Shown: piece by piece, positions 13,886 to 26,539 of the stretch | Layout: every line of letters starts with the position of its first letter | Position numbering within the stretch: the first letter of the stretch is position 1 | DNA from: Eledone cirrhosa | Lineage: Eukaryota | Assembly (NCBI GenBank): GCA_964016885.1 | Contig: OZ024741.1 | Coordinates: forward strand, 200,136,001 to 200,200,000 | Reading direction: 5' to 3' | Length of the DNA: 64,000 bases | The notes under the pieces: generated by a model | Database searches by the model: none | What the model saw: the letters and a program-made list of their open reading frames with translations, nothing else | Told to the model about the DNA's origin: nothing | Translations under genes and position numbers: made by a program

Positions 13886-14742
13886 AATAACAATAACAAT
13901 AATAATAATAATAATAATTATAATAATAAAAAAAGAAAATGGCTATAAATGGAAGAAGAAGACCCCCCCCCTCCTCTGTCTACACTATATAGAACAGCCA
14001 AACAACACCAATCTCACCAACACCAGAAACTAGATACACCACCTACCCCATCACCTCTCTGTGTACACTAAACACAACAGCCAGATAACGGCAACTTCAC
14101 CACCACCACAACCAATCTCAACATAATAATGATAATAATAAATACTATTATTATTGTCCCAAGTTTTAACAAAATGTTTAATTCCAACATTAAGGGAATT
14201 TATGTCAACACATGTACGCGACTAACCCCATAGATTCACCGAACGGACACCAGTAACGACAACGCCGCCCATCAATCATTACTACCACTATCCCATCACC
14301 GCCGCCACCACTCCTTCATTGCTACCACCGCTACAACACCATCACTACAGTAATACGATCACATCACCACCACCACTGCCTCAGTATCGACATCACCACC
14401 ACCACTGTCTCAGTATCGCTACCACCGCTATTCTCTCCCATTGCTTCCTGCTAGTTGCTGCTAGCACAGCAGCAACACCACATTAAAGAATTCCTACTAA
14501 AAAAGAGGAAGGCATCAAAATATATAGATAGACTCAAAAGAAAAAACGAAAATCAAAACCAGCAAAAAAGCAGCACAGCAACAACAACAACAACAAAAAA
14601 AAGAAAAACAAACAGAGAAAAACAAAAACAAAAAAACGTAAAGAAAATAAGAATGAAGAGAGAAACAAGCGGACGGACAGAGAAGAGAAGGGAAAAACTA
14701 AGTCAGACATTCGAACACTACATTACAATGAAACTTATGCTT

Positions 14743-17700
14743 ATTCATTTTGGGTTTTTTTTCTGCCTGTTTGTTTGTTTATTTGTGTTCGTCTACAGCG
14801 TGGTGATAATGCCACACAAGAGCCAAGTGGAGTGACGCAACCACCGGAGACGGTGAATCCACAGATGGTTATGTAACCATACATTCGCCAATCCTCGATA
14901 AGAGTGTTTAAATATCGAACCTAAACAGTTCGAATAACGGTGAAATGGAGACTAGAACGTCATGTGACAGACTCTCACCCAACAGGTGCTCCCTGGCTCA
15001 GCAGCAGGAACCTGGCTGTCAACCAAATACTGCTGGTGTCGGAGGAAGGAGAAGAAGGAAAGGGACCAGAACTAACTGGACGAAAGAATTGAATAGAACT
15101 GTTATGCAATGTTACCTGAAAAGTAACCCCAAGGAGAGGGGCTATAGGAGACGGATGCATAACATCTGAAACGAGATTGGTCTATTTAAATTAGATGAAC
15201 AAAAATTGGCCGGGCAGGCTCGGGTAATAAGAACTAATGGGTGGATAAGCGAGCTGGAACTGGAGGAACTGAGCAGAGAGATTAGCTTGGAGATGGAGGG
15301 TGGAGTATGCCAGGCAAACGAGCCAGTGGGAAATGAAGGTGAAGAGGTCGAGAGAACGGAGGAACCACCCGAAGCAGACAATGATCTGAATACTGAGATA
15401 AATAATACCTGGAACAGAGATACGGCCACTGAGGAGATGAATGCTGACGGACAAGATTCGGTTGACATCCTAAATTTAGTGGTAGATGAATTGAACAATG
15501 ATAGTGGGAGACCTATGAACCTAAGATTTGTAGACAGGAAAAAGTTAAAAGAAACAACAGCTAAGGTAAACAAAGTCATCCCATACCTTGAGGCGAGGAG
15601 CCTTCACCAGTGCAACGATATCCTCAAAGCAACAGCAAATACGGTGAGGAAACTACTTGGTATAAAAGCGAGAGGAAACAACAGACAAGAAAGAGCAGAG
15701 CCTTGGTGGAAGAAACGACTGAGTGGTCAAATCAGGGAAATGAGAAATGACATTGGAAAGCTTGAGTCACTACTGAATGGGACACTAAAAAACATAGGCA
15801 CTAAAAATAGACTGGAAATAAAGTACAAAACTAGGAGGAAAAAGCTAAATATTATCATAGAGGAACTGAAGCAACGCATTGTAGCAAAGAGTGCAAAAAT
15901 CAGGCGATACGAGAACAGAGTCAGTCAGTATAAACAGAACCGCATGGTCGACAACAACCAGAAGATGCTGTTTGGACAGCTTGAGGGGAAAGAAAGAGGC
16001 AACGACTTGATCCCTGAGGCGGAACAAACTAAAACATTCTGGAGAGGAATATGGGAGCAGGATGTTAGACATAATGACCAGGCAGGGTGGATTGAGACAG
16101 TACAGAGGGAGATCGGTGAGCAGGCAAACCAACAAACTGATTTGAGTATCACAGTTGAAACTCTTAAGGGGAAGGTCAACAAACTAACCAACTGGAAATC
16201 ACCAGGCCCAGATGGTGTGCAGGGGTTTTGGATTAAAAATATAACATCCCTCCACCCTAAACTGACAACCATGTTCAATGTCTGCTTGATGTCAGGTGAG
16301 GTACCAGAGGGGTTGACAAAAGGTACCACAGTTCTGATAATGAAAGACCGAATCAAGGGTAATGATGTTACCAACTATAGACCTATCACATGTCTGTCCG
16401 TAATGTGGAAACTGTTGACGAGCATTGTGTCTGAGGAAATCTACCATCACCTCCACACAAACAACTTGTTGCCGGACGAACAGAAAGGATGCCGAAAGAA
16501 GTCACGTGGTACAAAGGACCAGTTACTTATTGATAAGATGGTAATGGGGAATTGCAGGAGGAGACACACTGATCTTGCCATGGGATGGATAGACTACAGA
16601 AAGGCATTTGACATGGTGCCTCATTCTTGGATCACCAAAAGCCTGGAGATCTTCAAGGTGGCAGATAACATCAGACAGTTGTTGGGCAAGAGTATGAGGT
16701 CCTGGGAAACAGAGTTGACATCAACTGGAGAATCCTTGGGAAGCGTGAAGATCAAGAGAGGTATCTTCCAGGGAGATAGCCTGTCCCCTCTGTTGTTTGT
16801 CCTTGCCCTGATGCCCCTGACCAGTGTACTGCGAAAAGTGAGAGCAGGATACGGGTTGGGAAAGGGAGGGCTTACCATCAATCACCTCCTCTTCATGGAC
16901 GATCTAAAGCTCTTCGGGAAGAGTGAGAAGGTGTTGGATGTGCTTGTTGACACTGTCCGTATTTTCAGCAGTGATATATGTATGCAGTTTGGTATTAGTA
17001 AATGTGGAGTCATTGTGATGAGGAGGGGTAGGTTGAGCAGAAGTAACGGAATCCAGATACCAACAGGTGAGATGATAAAGGAAATTGACTCTGAGGAAGG
17101 ATACACGTATTTGGGCGTTCTGGAGGCTGATGGCATAAAGAACAAAAAAATGAAGGAATTGTTAAGAAATGAATACATTCGGAGAGTAAGGAGCGTATTG
17201 AAGTCACATCTGAACAGCAGAAATGCCATAAGCGCAGTAAATTCCCGAGCTGTGTCTATTATTAGGTACAGTGCGGGAATTCTGAGATGGAATGTTGCTG
17301 AACAAAAAGAAATGGATAGGAAGACTAGGAAGCTATTGACTATCTACATGTTCCACAAGAGGAGTGATGTCGATAGACTCTACTTAAGGAGATCTGAAGG
17401 TGGAAGAGGTCTTATCAGCATAGAGGACTGTGTTCAGATGGAGAAAAACAACCTACACAAATACGTGACTGATAGTAAGGAGCTATTGCTCAGAATTGTA
17501 CTGAAGGAGAGGACAATAGACCAGAGGATTTCCAAGGAGGAAATAACAACAAGGAGAAAGAGCAGCCTTCATGAAAAATCCCTTCATAGTACCTCCTTTG
17601 AGAAAACTGAATTCAGAGATGCACAGACATGGAACTGGTTGAAAAGAGGAGACCTTAAAAAGGCTACAGAAGGAATGCTAATGGCTGCGCAAGAGCAGGC

Positions 17701-18402
17701 CCTCAAAACGAAGTGGTTGAAACACCATATTTACAAGGAGGAGGCTAGCCCACTGTGCAGGATCTGTGGAGAGAGAGAGGAGACTGTGGCTCACATTGTA
17801 TCCGAGTGTAAACACCTAGCCCAGACTCACTATAAAGGCTGGAGACATGATGTGATGGGCAGGGTGATCCACTGGCACCTATACAAAGTAAACAATTTAC
17901 CACATTCTGAGAAGTGGTATGAGCATAAGCCAGAGTCGGTGATAGAAAACGATCAGGTGAAGGTGCTGTGGGATTTTAGGATACAGACGGACAAGAAACT
18001 GGAACACAATAGACCTGACCTGGTGGTTTTGGACAAGGAAAAAAGATCGTGCCTGATTGTGGATGTGGCCTGCCCATTCGACACGAGAGTGCAAGAGAAG
18101 GAGAGGGAGAAAATTAACCGATACCAGGACTTAAAGTGGGAGGTAAAAAGGATTTGGAACTGCCATGAAGTCAAAGTGGTCCCGATTGTCATAGGCGCAC
18201 TAGGTACTATCTCAAAAAGATTCCAGGGATGGTTAAAGAAAATTGGCCCCGCCCCGCTTTTTGGAACACTTCAAAAGGCATGCTTGCTGGGAGCAGCAAG
18301 AACCCTCCGATACGTCCTGAATATCTGAGGCTGCAGGTAGTGGCTTGATATTCATTTCAACAAACTTTCCAGTTAACTAACATCAATGACTGAGACTCAA
18401 AG
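14743..18402 (+). mobile_element. Full-length R4/Dong-like RLE LINE, family B copy 3
   Basis: Colinear with copy 2 but more diverged; followed by (AAT)n 18403-18468. Confidence 0.95.
14945..18328 (+). CDS. RT-RLE polyprotein of family B copy 3 (one in-frame TGA at 15167-15169)
   Basis: ORFs 14945-15169 and 15206-18328 are in the same frame; the TGA replaces the TGG of copy 2. Confidence 0.9.
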
Positions 18403-18405
18403 AAC

Positions 18406-18469
<64 letters not shown>

Positions 18470-18712
18470 TTTTCTTTATTAACCACAAGGGTTTACATAA
18501 AGTAGACATTAAGGACAGTACAGGACAATACAGGACGGTACAAATGGGCATTTCTGCGTGTAAAAAAAACAGAGGATGAAATAAAATAACAAAGAAAAAT
18601 TCCCCAATAGGGGGGAGACTTCCGAGGGACATTTGTGGAGAACGCCCATTAAAAGACCACAGTGGCCCTGACCACCAGGGCAAGTGCCCTCTCCCAGTTT
18701 TCCACCTTTAAT

Positions 18713-21700
18713 TTACAGACACATACTCAGAGAAGGCCCATTTATTCGGGCCATACTTGCTTCTCTCACCCATCTTTCAACAAAATGCTGGGAAGAGAGC
18801 ACTTCCCTCTCTACCCTGATTTTCCTTTTCAGATGAAATTTGAAAAAGTTAATCAAGGCATCACCGAAGAGGTAAGTGCTCGTCTTCAGCCCTTTCAAAC
18901 GTGTCCACCATACTATCTCTTTCGCCATGGCCACCAGACAGATAAAAACTGCCTGCCCTTCCAGGCTTAAGGAAGGGGGTGGGGCAATCCTCACGATGGA
19001 CTCAGCTGATAGCCGGATCCGTCCTACACGTGACAGCAGGTGTTCGACATAAACCCACAAGTCAGCAATGCTCGGACACTGGACGAGTGCTTGAAGGACG
19101 GTTTCGTCGCCCTGTGCGCATCTCGGACATGCCCGGCTGACGGCACCTCCATGCCTGTAAAGTTTATCCCGAACTGGCAAAGCACCCCGGTAGCACTGCC
19201 AGGCCAGGGATTTCTGGAAGTTGTCCATAGGCTCCGGCCCGAAAGTCCTTCCGAAGAGATTGGCTAGTTGATTTTCGTCGACGCCTAGAGTTTCTCCAAG
19301 TACGTCGTCGCTCTTCCCCTCCACTAATCCCCTATAGAACGCCAAGGTGGAGTTTCCACCGATTACATTGCCCGATTGGTCGAGGGCTGTGAGCGCCTGA
19401 AGACATTCCAGTCTCCAAGCGCTCCCTCTCGGTCTTCACTTGACCCAGGACTGCAGCTCCGTCAAGGAGACGAGCTGCGGAAAAACGTGTCTAGCAAACG
19501 GCGACCACACCTGATCACCGTCGAGGAAGAGGTGGAGATGTCGTAGCCTGAGCGCGTGTCTGCGCATCATCAGCCACGGCATGCCCAGCCCTCCACATAG
19601 CGGGTGTTGACAGCAGATGGACCGCCTGACCATCGGAGCGCGTCCCTTCCACAAGAAACGAAAGAGCAAACGCTCCAGCGCAGCCAGGCGGGGCTTAGGA
19701 CAAGGTAAGACGGTCAGGCGGTAGTAGATGACGGATGCGATGTACGCATTCGCCACCTCCGCTCGACCTTTCAGGGATAGCTTCCTCTCGGCCCATTTCT
19801 GGGTGAGAGAAGCCACCCTGCTCGTCACCTCGTCCCAGTTTTTGTCCGTCTGGAGGTCTGGACCGAACCAGACCCCTAGCAATTTAACCGGTCCGTCCGT
19901 CCAGCTCCCGACGACGCTGTTGGACGGCATGGACCTGCCTCTCCAGGTGCCGAGCTGCAGGCCCACTGACTTTTCCTGGTTGATCATTGCTCCTGTCACC
20001 GCTTCGTATTCTCTAAGTGTAGTGCCGATCGCCTCGATGTGTTTGGTGTTCGACACCACTACGGTGACATCGTCGGCATATGCTGACACGGATCTTCCGC
20101 ATCCTAGTTCGCGCGGGACCCCCCTCAACGTCTCCAGTTTGTGCAGTAATGGCTCGAGAGTCAATACGTACAATAGGGACGAGAGGGGACATCCTTGGCG
20201 GACCGAGCGCATGATGTTGAACGGTTCCGAAAGGTGACCGTTCACTCTCACTACAGAGCAGATGTCGCTGTGCATGGCAGCGATCCAGCCTCTGAAGACG
20301 GGCCCAAAGCCAGCCGCCCTCAGGACTGCCGCTAGGTAACGATGGTCGACCCTATCGAAGGCTTTCGACTGATCTAAATTGATAAAAGACCCACCCGTGC
20401 CAGGTTCCCTAGCTACCCTCTCTACGATGTATCGCATGAGGTGGATGTTGTCGTGGATGGATCTGTCGGGAATGGCGCATGTCTGTGCCTCTCCCACCAG
20501 ACCACCAACGACAAGCGCCAACCTCTTTGCTAGCACCTTGGCCAAAATCTTGAACTCTGTGTTTAGCAGAGTTATGGGCCTAAAATTATCTATGTTATCC
20601 CCCTTGTTCGGATCCTTTCTCAGCAGCGCCACCGCTCCTCGGCTCACAGAGCTGGGAATTCTCCCGTTCTGTTGCCAGCTGCAGTAGACGTCCGCCAAGA
20701 GGCCTCCGAACAAGTCTGGCATTTGTACGTAAAGTTCATAGGGCAGACCATCCAAACCAGGCGATTTACCCCTTATGCAACTAGTCATTGCATCCCGTAC
20801 TTCAGCGGTTGCTATCGGCTTTTCGCAACACTCCACCTCAGTGGCCGAAAGCCGCGGCAGTCCGTCGAGGTAGACACTAAAGTCCATCCCTCGATCCGGT
20901 CCGCCACTGCCCCCGAACAGTTGAGCGAAGTGTCGCTGAAAAGCTTCACACATTTTCCCGGGATCGAGTAGCATGCGCCCGTCGTGGTCCACCAAAGACC
21001 GGATCGTGGCTTTGTTGCCACGACGCGCCTCCGCCACTCGCGCCCATTGAACGGCTTTCGTCCCCTCGTGTCTGAGAGCACGCACCCTAGCTCTGACAAC
21101 GCAGCCTTCGTGCTTTGCATTGAAGAATTGGTCAAGGGCCAATTTCGCCGCAAGTACGTCGGTCGCGATGCCTTTGCTAAGCGCCTCATCTAATTTTTTA
21201 ACTAATTCTCCCTCTGCTCTATTTTTCTCTATTGCTAAAGTCTTACTAAACCTAATGGACTCTATTCTAATTGCTCTTTTCAGAGCAAACCACCACTTGT
21301 TGTTGACGATGGCCCCCGTCAACGCCCGCTTAACTAGTTCGCTAATCCGGTCTCTGTAGGCCTTGCGCGCTGGTAAGGACGCGTTTAGCTTCCAGTAGCC
21401 GGGTCCTCGTCTATGAAGCCTATCTAAGTCAAGCACACAGATCACGAATTTGTGGTCCGTGTAGCTGACTATCTTGAATTGTGGACAGCCTATGCTAGAC
21501 CTATCTATTTCCCTACAAAATACTCTATCTAGATATGATCTGGATGACCCTATGCGATTTGTCCAAGTCCACATTGGTACATTCGGGAAATCCATTCGGT
21601 ACCTGTCAGACAGTTCAAAACGTCTGAGCAGGTTGGTGAGACTCTTGCACCCTCCTTCCCTATCCACTAATCCCACACAATCCCAGCGTGCATCTAAGAT

Positions 21701-22132
21701 CCCGTTCCAGTCGCCCACTAACACTAAAGAGCGGGACGTTCCAAGAAAGGTCTCCAGACGCCGGAAGAAATCAGGCCGCCCTGCTCCTGTCGGGGCATAG
21801 ACGGCCACTAACCTGAAAGCTTGCCCGTCTCCGCTGGTCACGTCCAGCACCACCAACTTACCTTCTGGGTCCAGGAAGATGGCCCGTATGGCAAGATCCA
21901 AACCTCTCCGAAAAAGCACAGCAACTCCTCCCCCCGATCCCGGACGGCTGGGAGATGCGTACACATCGTAGCCGCCGAAGATCGGTGCGAAAGCCTGTGC
22001 TTCGGAGATTCTGGTCTCGCTGATGGCCACTACATCTATGTTTAGTGACCTGAGGTCGTTGAGCAGGTGGCCCTGCTTCCATGACGACCCCAAGCCACGC
22101 GCATTTATGCTGCCTATTCTGAGTGAGGTCAT
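18713..22132 (-). CDS. Tx1-like ORF2: APE + RT + C-terminal zinc finger (one in-frame TGA at 19436-19438)
   Basis: SINARGL, AISET, AVYAP, VGDWN, SYLDRVF, TDHK; KSPGLDGLP, NFRPITLLN, DQSKAFDRVDH, VRQGCPLS, AYADD; CPRC..ET..ALVQCP. ORFs 19436-22132 and 18713-19345 are in frame with no other stop between them. Confidence 0.92.
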
Positions 22133-22166
22133 GTTGAAAAGGAGTGGAAAAGATGGGAAAGACTAC

Positions 22167-24123
22167 TTACCTTACTTCTCGTAGGGGAAGGACGGTTTTT
22201 CCATCCTTTTCACTGCTTGTGGCCTCCTCAGGAAGGATGTCCTTATAAATCCTCCTGGAGAGTGCTTGTCGGAAGTCTCCGATGTCTTTGGGGAATTTTT
22301 GTTTTAGTGTCATGTACGTTTTCTGTGTGATGCGAGTGATTTGTATGTGTGGAGGTGGTGTGAATTTTGGGGTTGTTGTGTAGTCTTTTTCTGTGATGCT
22401 GGTGTTGTGTTGGATGTAGTGTAATAATTGCTTGTTGTTCAAATTTAATGCTGTGTAGTGTGTATCGTTTTGGTTGTTTTGTTTTGTTTGCGTTTGTTGT
22501 GGGTTTGTTTCTGTTTCGCATTTTGGTGACTTTTGTGGTGTAGGTGATGGTGGTGTTGGGGTTAATGATGGTGATGGTGTTGGTGTTTGGGTTGATGGGG
22601 TTAGTGATACTGGTGTGGATGGTGGCATATCTGTCCTAACTTTTTTGTTTCTTAATTTATTTGTTTCCCTCTGTATTTTGTTTTTGGAGGGGAAATGAAG
22701 AGAATTTTTTCTTTTTTGGTTTCTTTTTTTTTTTTCTTGATACCGTTTCCCACTCCTCGTCGTCACAATCTGTCTCCAGTTGTGATAGGCCGGGGAGTGG
22801 AAAATCCTCCACAGGCGTTAGTTTTGGTTGTGGCGTGGTGGATGGTGTAGGCGCTGGTGCTAGTTCTGAAGCGTTGGGTGGTGGTGGTGTTGGTTTTGCT
22901 GGTGGTGGTGTTGGTTTTGCTACTGTTGCTGGGGTTGTTGCTGTTATAGTTGCTTCTGTTGTTGCTGCTACAGTTGTTGCTGCCATCTCTGCTACTGGTG
23001 GTGTTGATGGTTGTGTCACTGGGGTGGGTAGGAGAGGTGGCCTCAACCTTTTAGCCTGAGGGCAGAAAGCCCTTAGGTGGGTTCCTTCAGCACAAACGAC
23101 ACACCTAGGTCGTCTGCCCTCGACAATTACCGTGAGGTGGCTGCCGTCAGTGAGGTCTATTACCTCTGGGATCTCCTCAATGCTTTTTTGGTCCGCTTGG
23201 ATCAGGAGCTCCATCCCAGATCCGGACCAGTTCTCCTGCTTTTCTTTTGCTATTGCTATTATTTTTGTGTTGGCTTCGATGCCGGCGTGGACGGCCGCTA
23301 TTAGCCAGGGAATATCGATGGCTGGTGGAACGTGGGTCACCCTGATCTTTACGAGTCTCTGGCCACAATAGCTTGGGACGAGTGTGAAGTCGTCACTTCT
23401 CAATGGGGCCATGGAGTGTTCTCTAGCCTCCTCTGGTGTTTCAAAGAACACGTCCACGGTTCCATACTTCTGCCCACGTCTGATGTCGGTTTTTCTTGCC
23501 CACACATGTCCCAAAGCTTTTTGGATTTGGGACTCGGATGCCCGTTCCACTCGGCGCGATTTTACATTTATTGTTCGATACGACACGGTGCATAGGCGCC
23601 GATGGTCCATTTTATTAGGGGGGGAGCTGACCCTGTACCCATCTTTCTTTACCATTTGTTTGGCATTTTCTAAATCCTCCTGAGTTACCGTAAATGCTTC
23701 GAACTGTTTTGCTACTCTGGCAAAACTGAGGGTGGTTTTTATAATGTCATTGTTGTTGTTGTTGCTATCGTTATTTGTGTTAATATTAATTTTAGTTTCA
23801 GTTGTGGTGGTGGTGACGTCAGTCGTCTTTGGTGGGGAAGAGTCCATTTTGCTTGATTTCATTTCGACATCACGAGTTAATTTATTTTTTTCTTCTTTTG
23901 TTTCTGTTGTCGCGGTGGTGGTGGTGGTGGAGGCTTTAACACCTGCAGTCATTGGTAATGGCGGGAAATGAATGTCTGCCTGAGACAAATTTAAAATATT
24001 GCTAGTGCTTATATTTTTTGTAGTGTTGGCAAACGTAGTAGCATTTACAATGGTGGTGTCGGTGTGAGGTGTTAATTTGTGAGGAAGGCTTTCAGCTGCT
24101 TGGTGCAGAGGTGAATTAGTCAT
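22167..24123 (-). CDS. Tx1-like ORF1 with CCHC zinc knuckle; probable +1 frameshift at an A12 run (~22724-22735)
   Basis: 488-aa ORF with CVVCAEGTHLRAFC knuckle and Pro/Thr-rich region. Overlapping ORF 22167-22766 continues with similar composition to just before ORF2. Confidence 0.8.
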
Positions 24124-24350
24124 TTTTTCTCAAAGAAATTTTTTGATAATAATAAAAGTTTAAATTTTGGGCACAAGGCACCAATCTTTTTGGGTGTCCT
24201 TTTCGGAAAACAATGTATGTGCGCTTATATATGGTTAACAATAAAAATTTTCCATAAATGGCAATTTTTAACAAACGGAAATAACAAACCTTTGCGGAGC
24301 TCACGATGATACGATTTACTACGTAGGTCGCCAATAATAATAATAATAAT

Positions 24351-25835
24351 CATAATATCTATGTGTTTGTGAAGGAGACGGAATCAAGCACTCGACAATG
24401 AGAGAAAGGATAAGGAAGGAATGTTACTGCAGAGTAAGAGCAATCTTAAGAACGGAATTGAATGCAAGGAATAGGATCGATGCCATAAACACACTTGCCA
24501 TACCAGTAGTAACCTACAGTTACAATGTCATCAACTGATCAAGCACAGAGATCCGTAGGCTCGATACAAAAATTCGAAAATTCTTAACCATGCACAGAAT
24601 GCATCACCCTAAGGCAGATACAGATAGAATATATCTCCCTAGGAAAGAAGGAGGACGTGGGTTAATCCAGTTAGACATTGCGTTGAAAACTGCAACAATT
24701 GGATTATCTACATATCTAAGGGAATCACATGATTGGATGATCAAACTCGTTTTGAAACACGAAAGCATCAAAAGATCATACTCCATTACAAAAGATGCAC
24801 AAAGATACAGTAATGAACTACACATTCCAGAAGTCCCATTTACTGCTGAAATGGAAAACACAGAAAAAGCAAAGCAGGTAAAAGTAACTGCAAAGAAAGA
24901 ACTGCTACAGAAACTGGCTAAGAAATGGCAAGAAAAGCCTCTGTATGGAAAATACCCAGAACGAGCTAACAATCCTGATGTTGACAAAACTTCGAACCCA
25001 TCAGTGGTTGGCATCCTCTGGACTGAAATCGAAGACTGAAGGACTGATTATATCAGCACAAGATCAGTGTCTGCCAACAAAAAATTACCAAGCCAGCATA
25101 ATAAAAAAATGGATGCAGCCCATTATGCCGTGTATGCAAAAAACAACCAGAGACCATTGACCATATAATTTCAATGTGCAGTCGTATAGCTCCAACCGAA
25201 TACCTAAAAAGGCACGACAGAGCTGCACAATACATACATTGGATAATGTGTAAGCATTTTGACTTGCCCCATCAAAAGAATTGGTGGGAGCATCAACCAC
25301 CTCCCATACTTGAAAAAGATCACGCCTCAATCTTGTGGAACTTTAGCATCCAAACAGACCGAAAAATAGATGCAAATAGACCTGATATAATATTGAAGGA
25401 CTTTAAAAAGAGGGTATGCCTGCTAATTGATATGTCCGTTCCAATAGACAAGAATGTATCTATAAAAACATTTGAAAAATTGAGCAAGTATAAGGACCTG
25501 GAGATAGAAATTGGAAAAATGTGGAAATTGAGAACTAAAACAATACCAGTGGTTGTAGGCGCTCTGGGAATGATACCTAAGGGGTCTAATGATTACTTAT
25601 CGCAAATCCCAGGAAACCCGCGTATAGGAGAAATACAAAAGATAGTACTAATGGGAACTGCCCATATACTAAGGAAGATTCTGTCAATATAAGTACATCA
25701 CAAGTCTAAACACTAAAGATGCATGTGTGAGTATGTATGTTCTTTCTTGAACATGGCGGACCTTGTTGTCTCTTGAGGTCACTGGTTGTGACTTGGTGAT
25801 AACTCGTATGAACATAAAGCAAGATAAATGCAACT
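24351..25835 (+). mobile_element. 5'-truncated R4/Dong-like RLE LINE, family D, in (AAT)n
   Basis: HPKADTDRIYLPRKEGGRGL, SAQDQ, YLKRHD, NRPDIILKD..LIDMSVP..K..Y; frameshifts; (AAT)n on both sides. Confidence 0.92.
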
Positions 25836-25861
25836 ATAATAATAATAATAATAATAATAAT

Positions 25862-25980
25862 GTTTTCTTTATTAACCACAAGGGTTTACATAAAGTAGAC
25901 ATTAAGGACAGTACAGGACAATACAGGACGGTACAAATGGGCATTTTTGCGTGTAAAAAAAACCAGAGGATGTAATAAAA
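25862..25980 (-). mobile_element. 3'-terminal stub (~120 bp) of the Tx1-like LINE
   Basis: Near-identical to 18469-18587, with the same junction to (AAT)n. Confidence 0.92.
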
Positions 25981-26024
25981 TACACTATTAATTAATAGCA
26001 CAAAAGCACAAGAGCTTAAGAGCT

Positions 26025-26104
26025 CATACATACATACATACATACATACATACATACATACATACATACATACATACATACATACATACATACATACATA
26101 CATA
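26025..26104. repeat. (CATA)n microsatellite
   Basis: Perfect tetranucleotide run. Confidence 0.97.
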
Positions 26105-26539
26105 ATCACAGGTTGCGTTCTTTTTCACACACCCCGCCGTTTCCCGAGTGAAAAATATCAAAAGATCCCTGTTTCAAAATATAATCGTATGGGGTATTGC
26201 GTAAGAAAATATAAAAATATGGGAAATAAAATTATTTGAAAGAAACATTTAAAGGAAATAAAGATACTGTGGAGAACACAAAACATATCAGATTTATTTA
26301 ATTGTGGCTGAATCCATAAAAGCGAAACAACGAGACTCGAGGAGTTGGAAGGAAATAATAAATGTTTTTTTTATAATAAAAAAGATGTATTTCGAGATAA
26401 TAGGAGGGAAAATAGTGAAGTCGTTACAAAGAAGAACAAGCGTAAAGGATTTTAGAATTCGAGCATCCATAAAATTCAAGCAACACAATAAAAGGTAAAG
26501 AATTGTTCAAATGACTAATTGAGTCATACATTTTAGTAG

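Larger units (their letters stand above)
18469..24332 (-). mobile_element. Full-length Tx1-clade (L1 group) LINE, flanked by (AAT)n on both sides
   Basis: Two-ORF structure; 3' end AATAAAGAAAAAC abuts (ATT)n and 5' end GGCGACC abuts (ATT)n. Confidence 0.88.

Noticed and set aside
11084-22082. Short antisense ORFs over the LINE ORFs
   Set aside because: Shadow ORFs with no motifs, repeated only because the elements are repeated.
22700-22745. Programmed ribosomal frameshift in Tx1 ORF1
   Set aside because: It needs +1 at an A12 run; a homopolymer indel or sequencing error is simpler, as with the extra A at ~4070.
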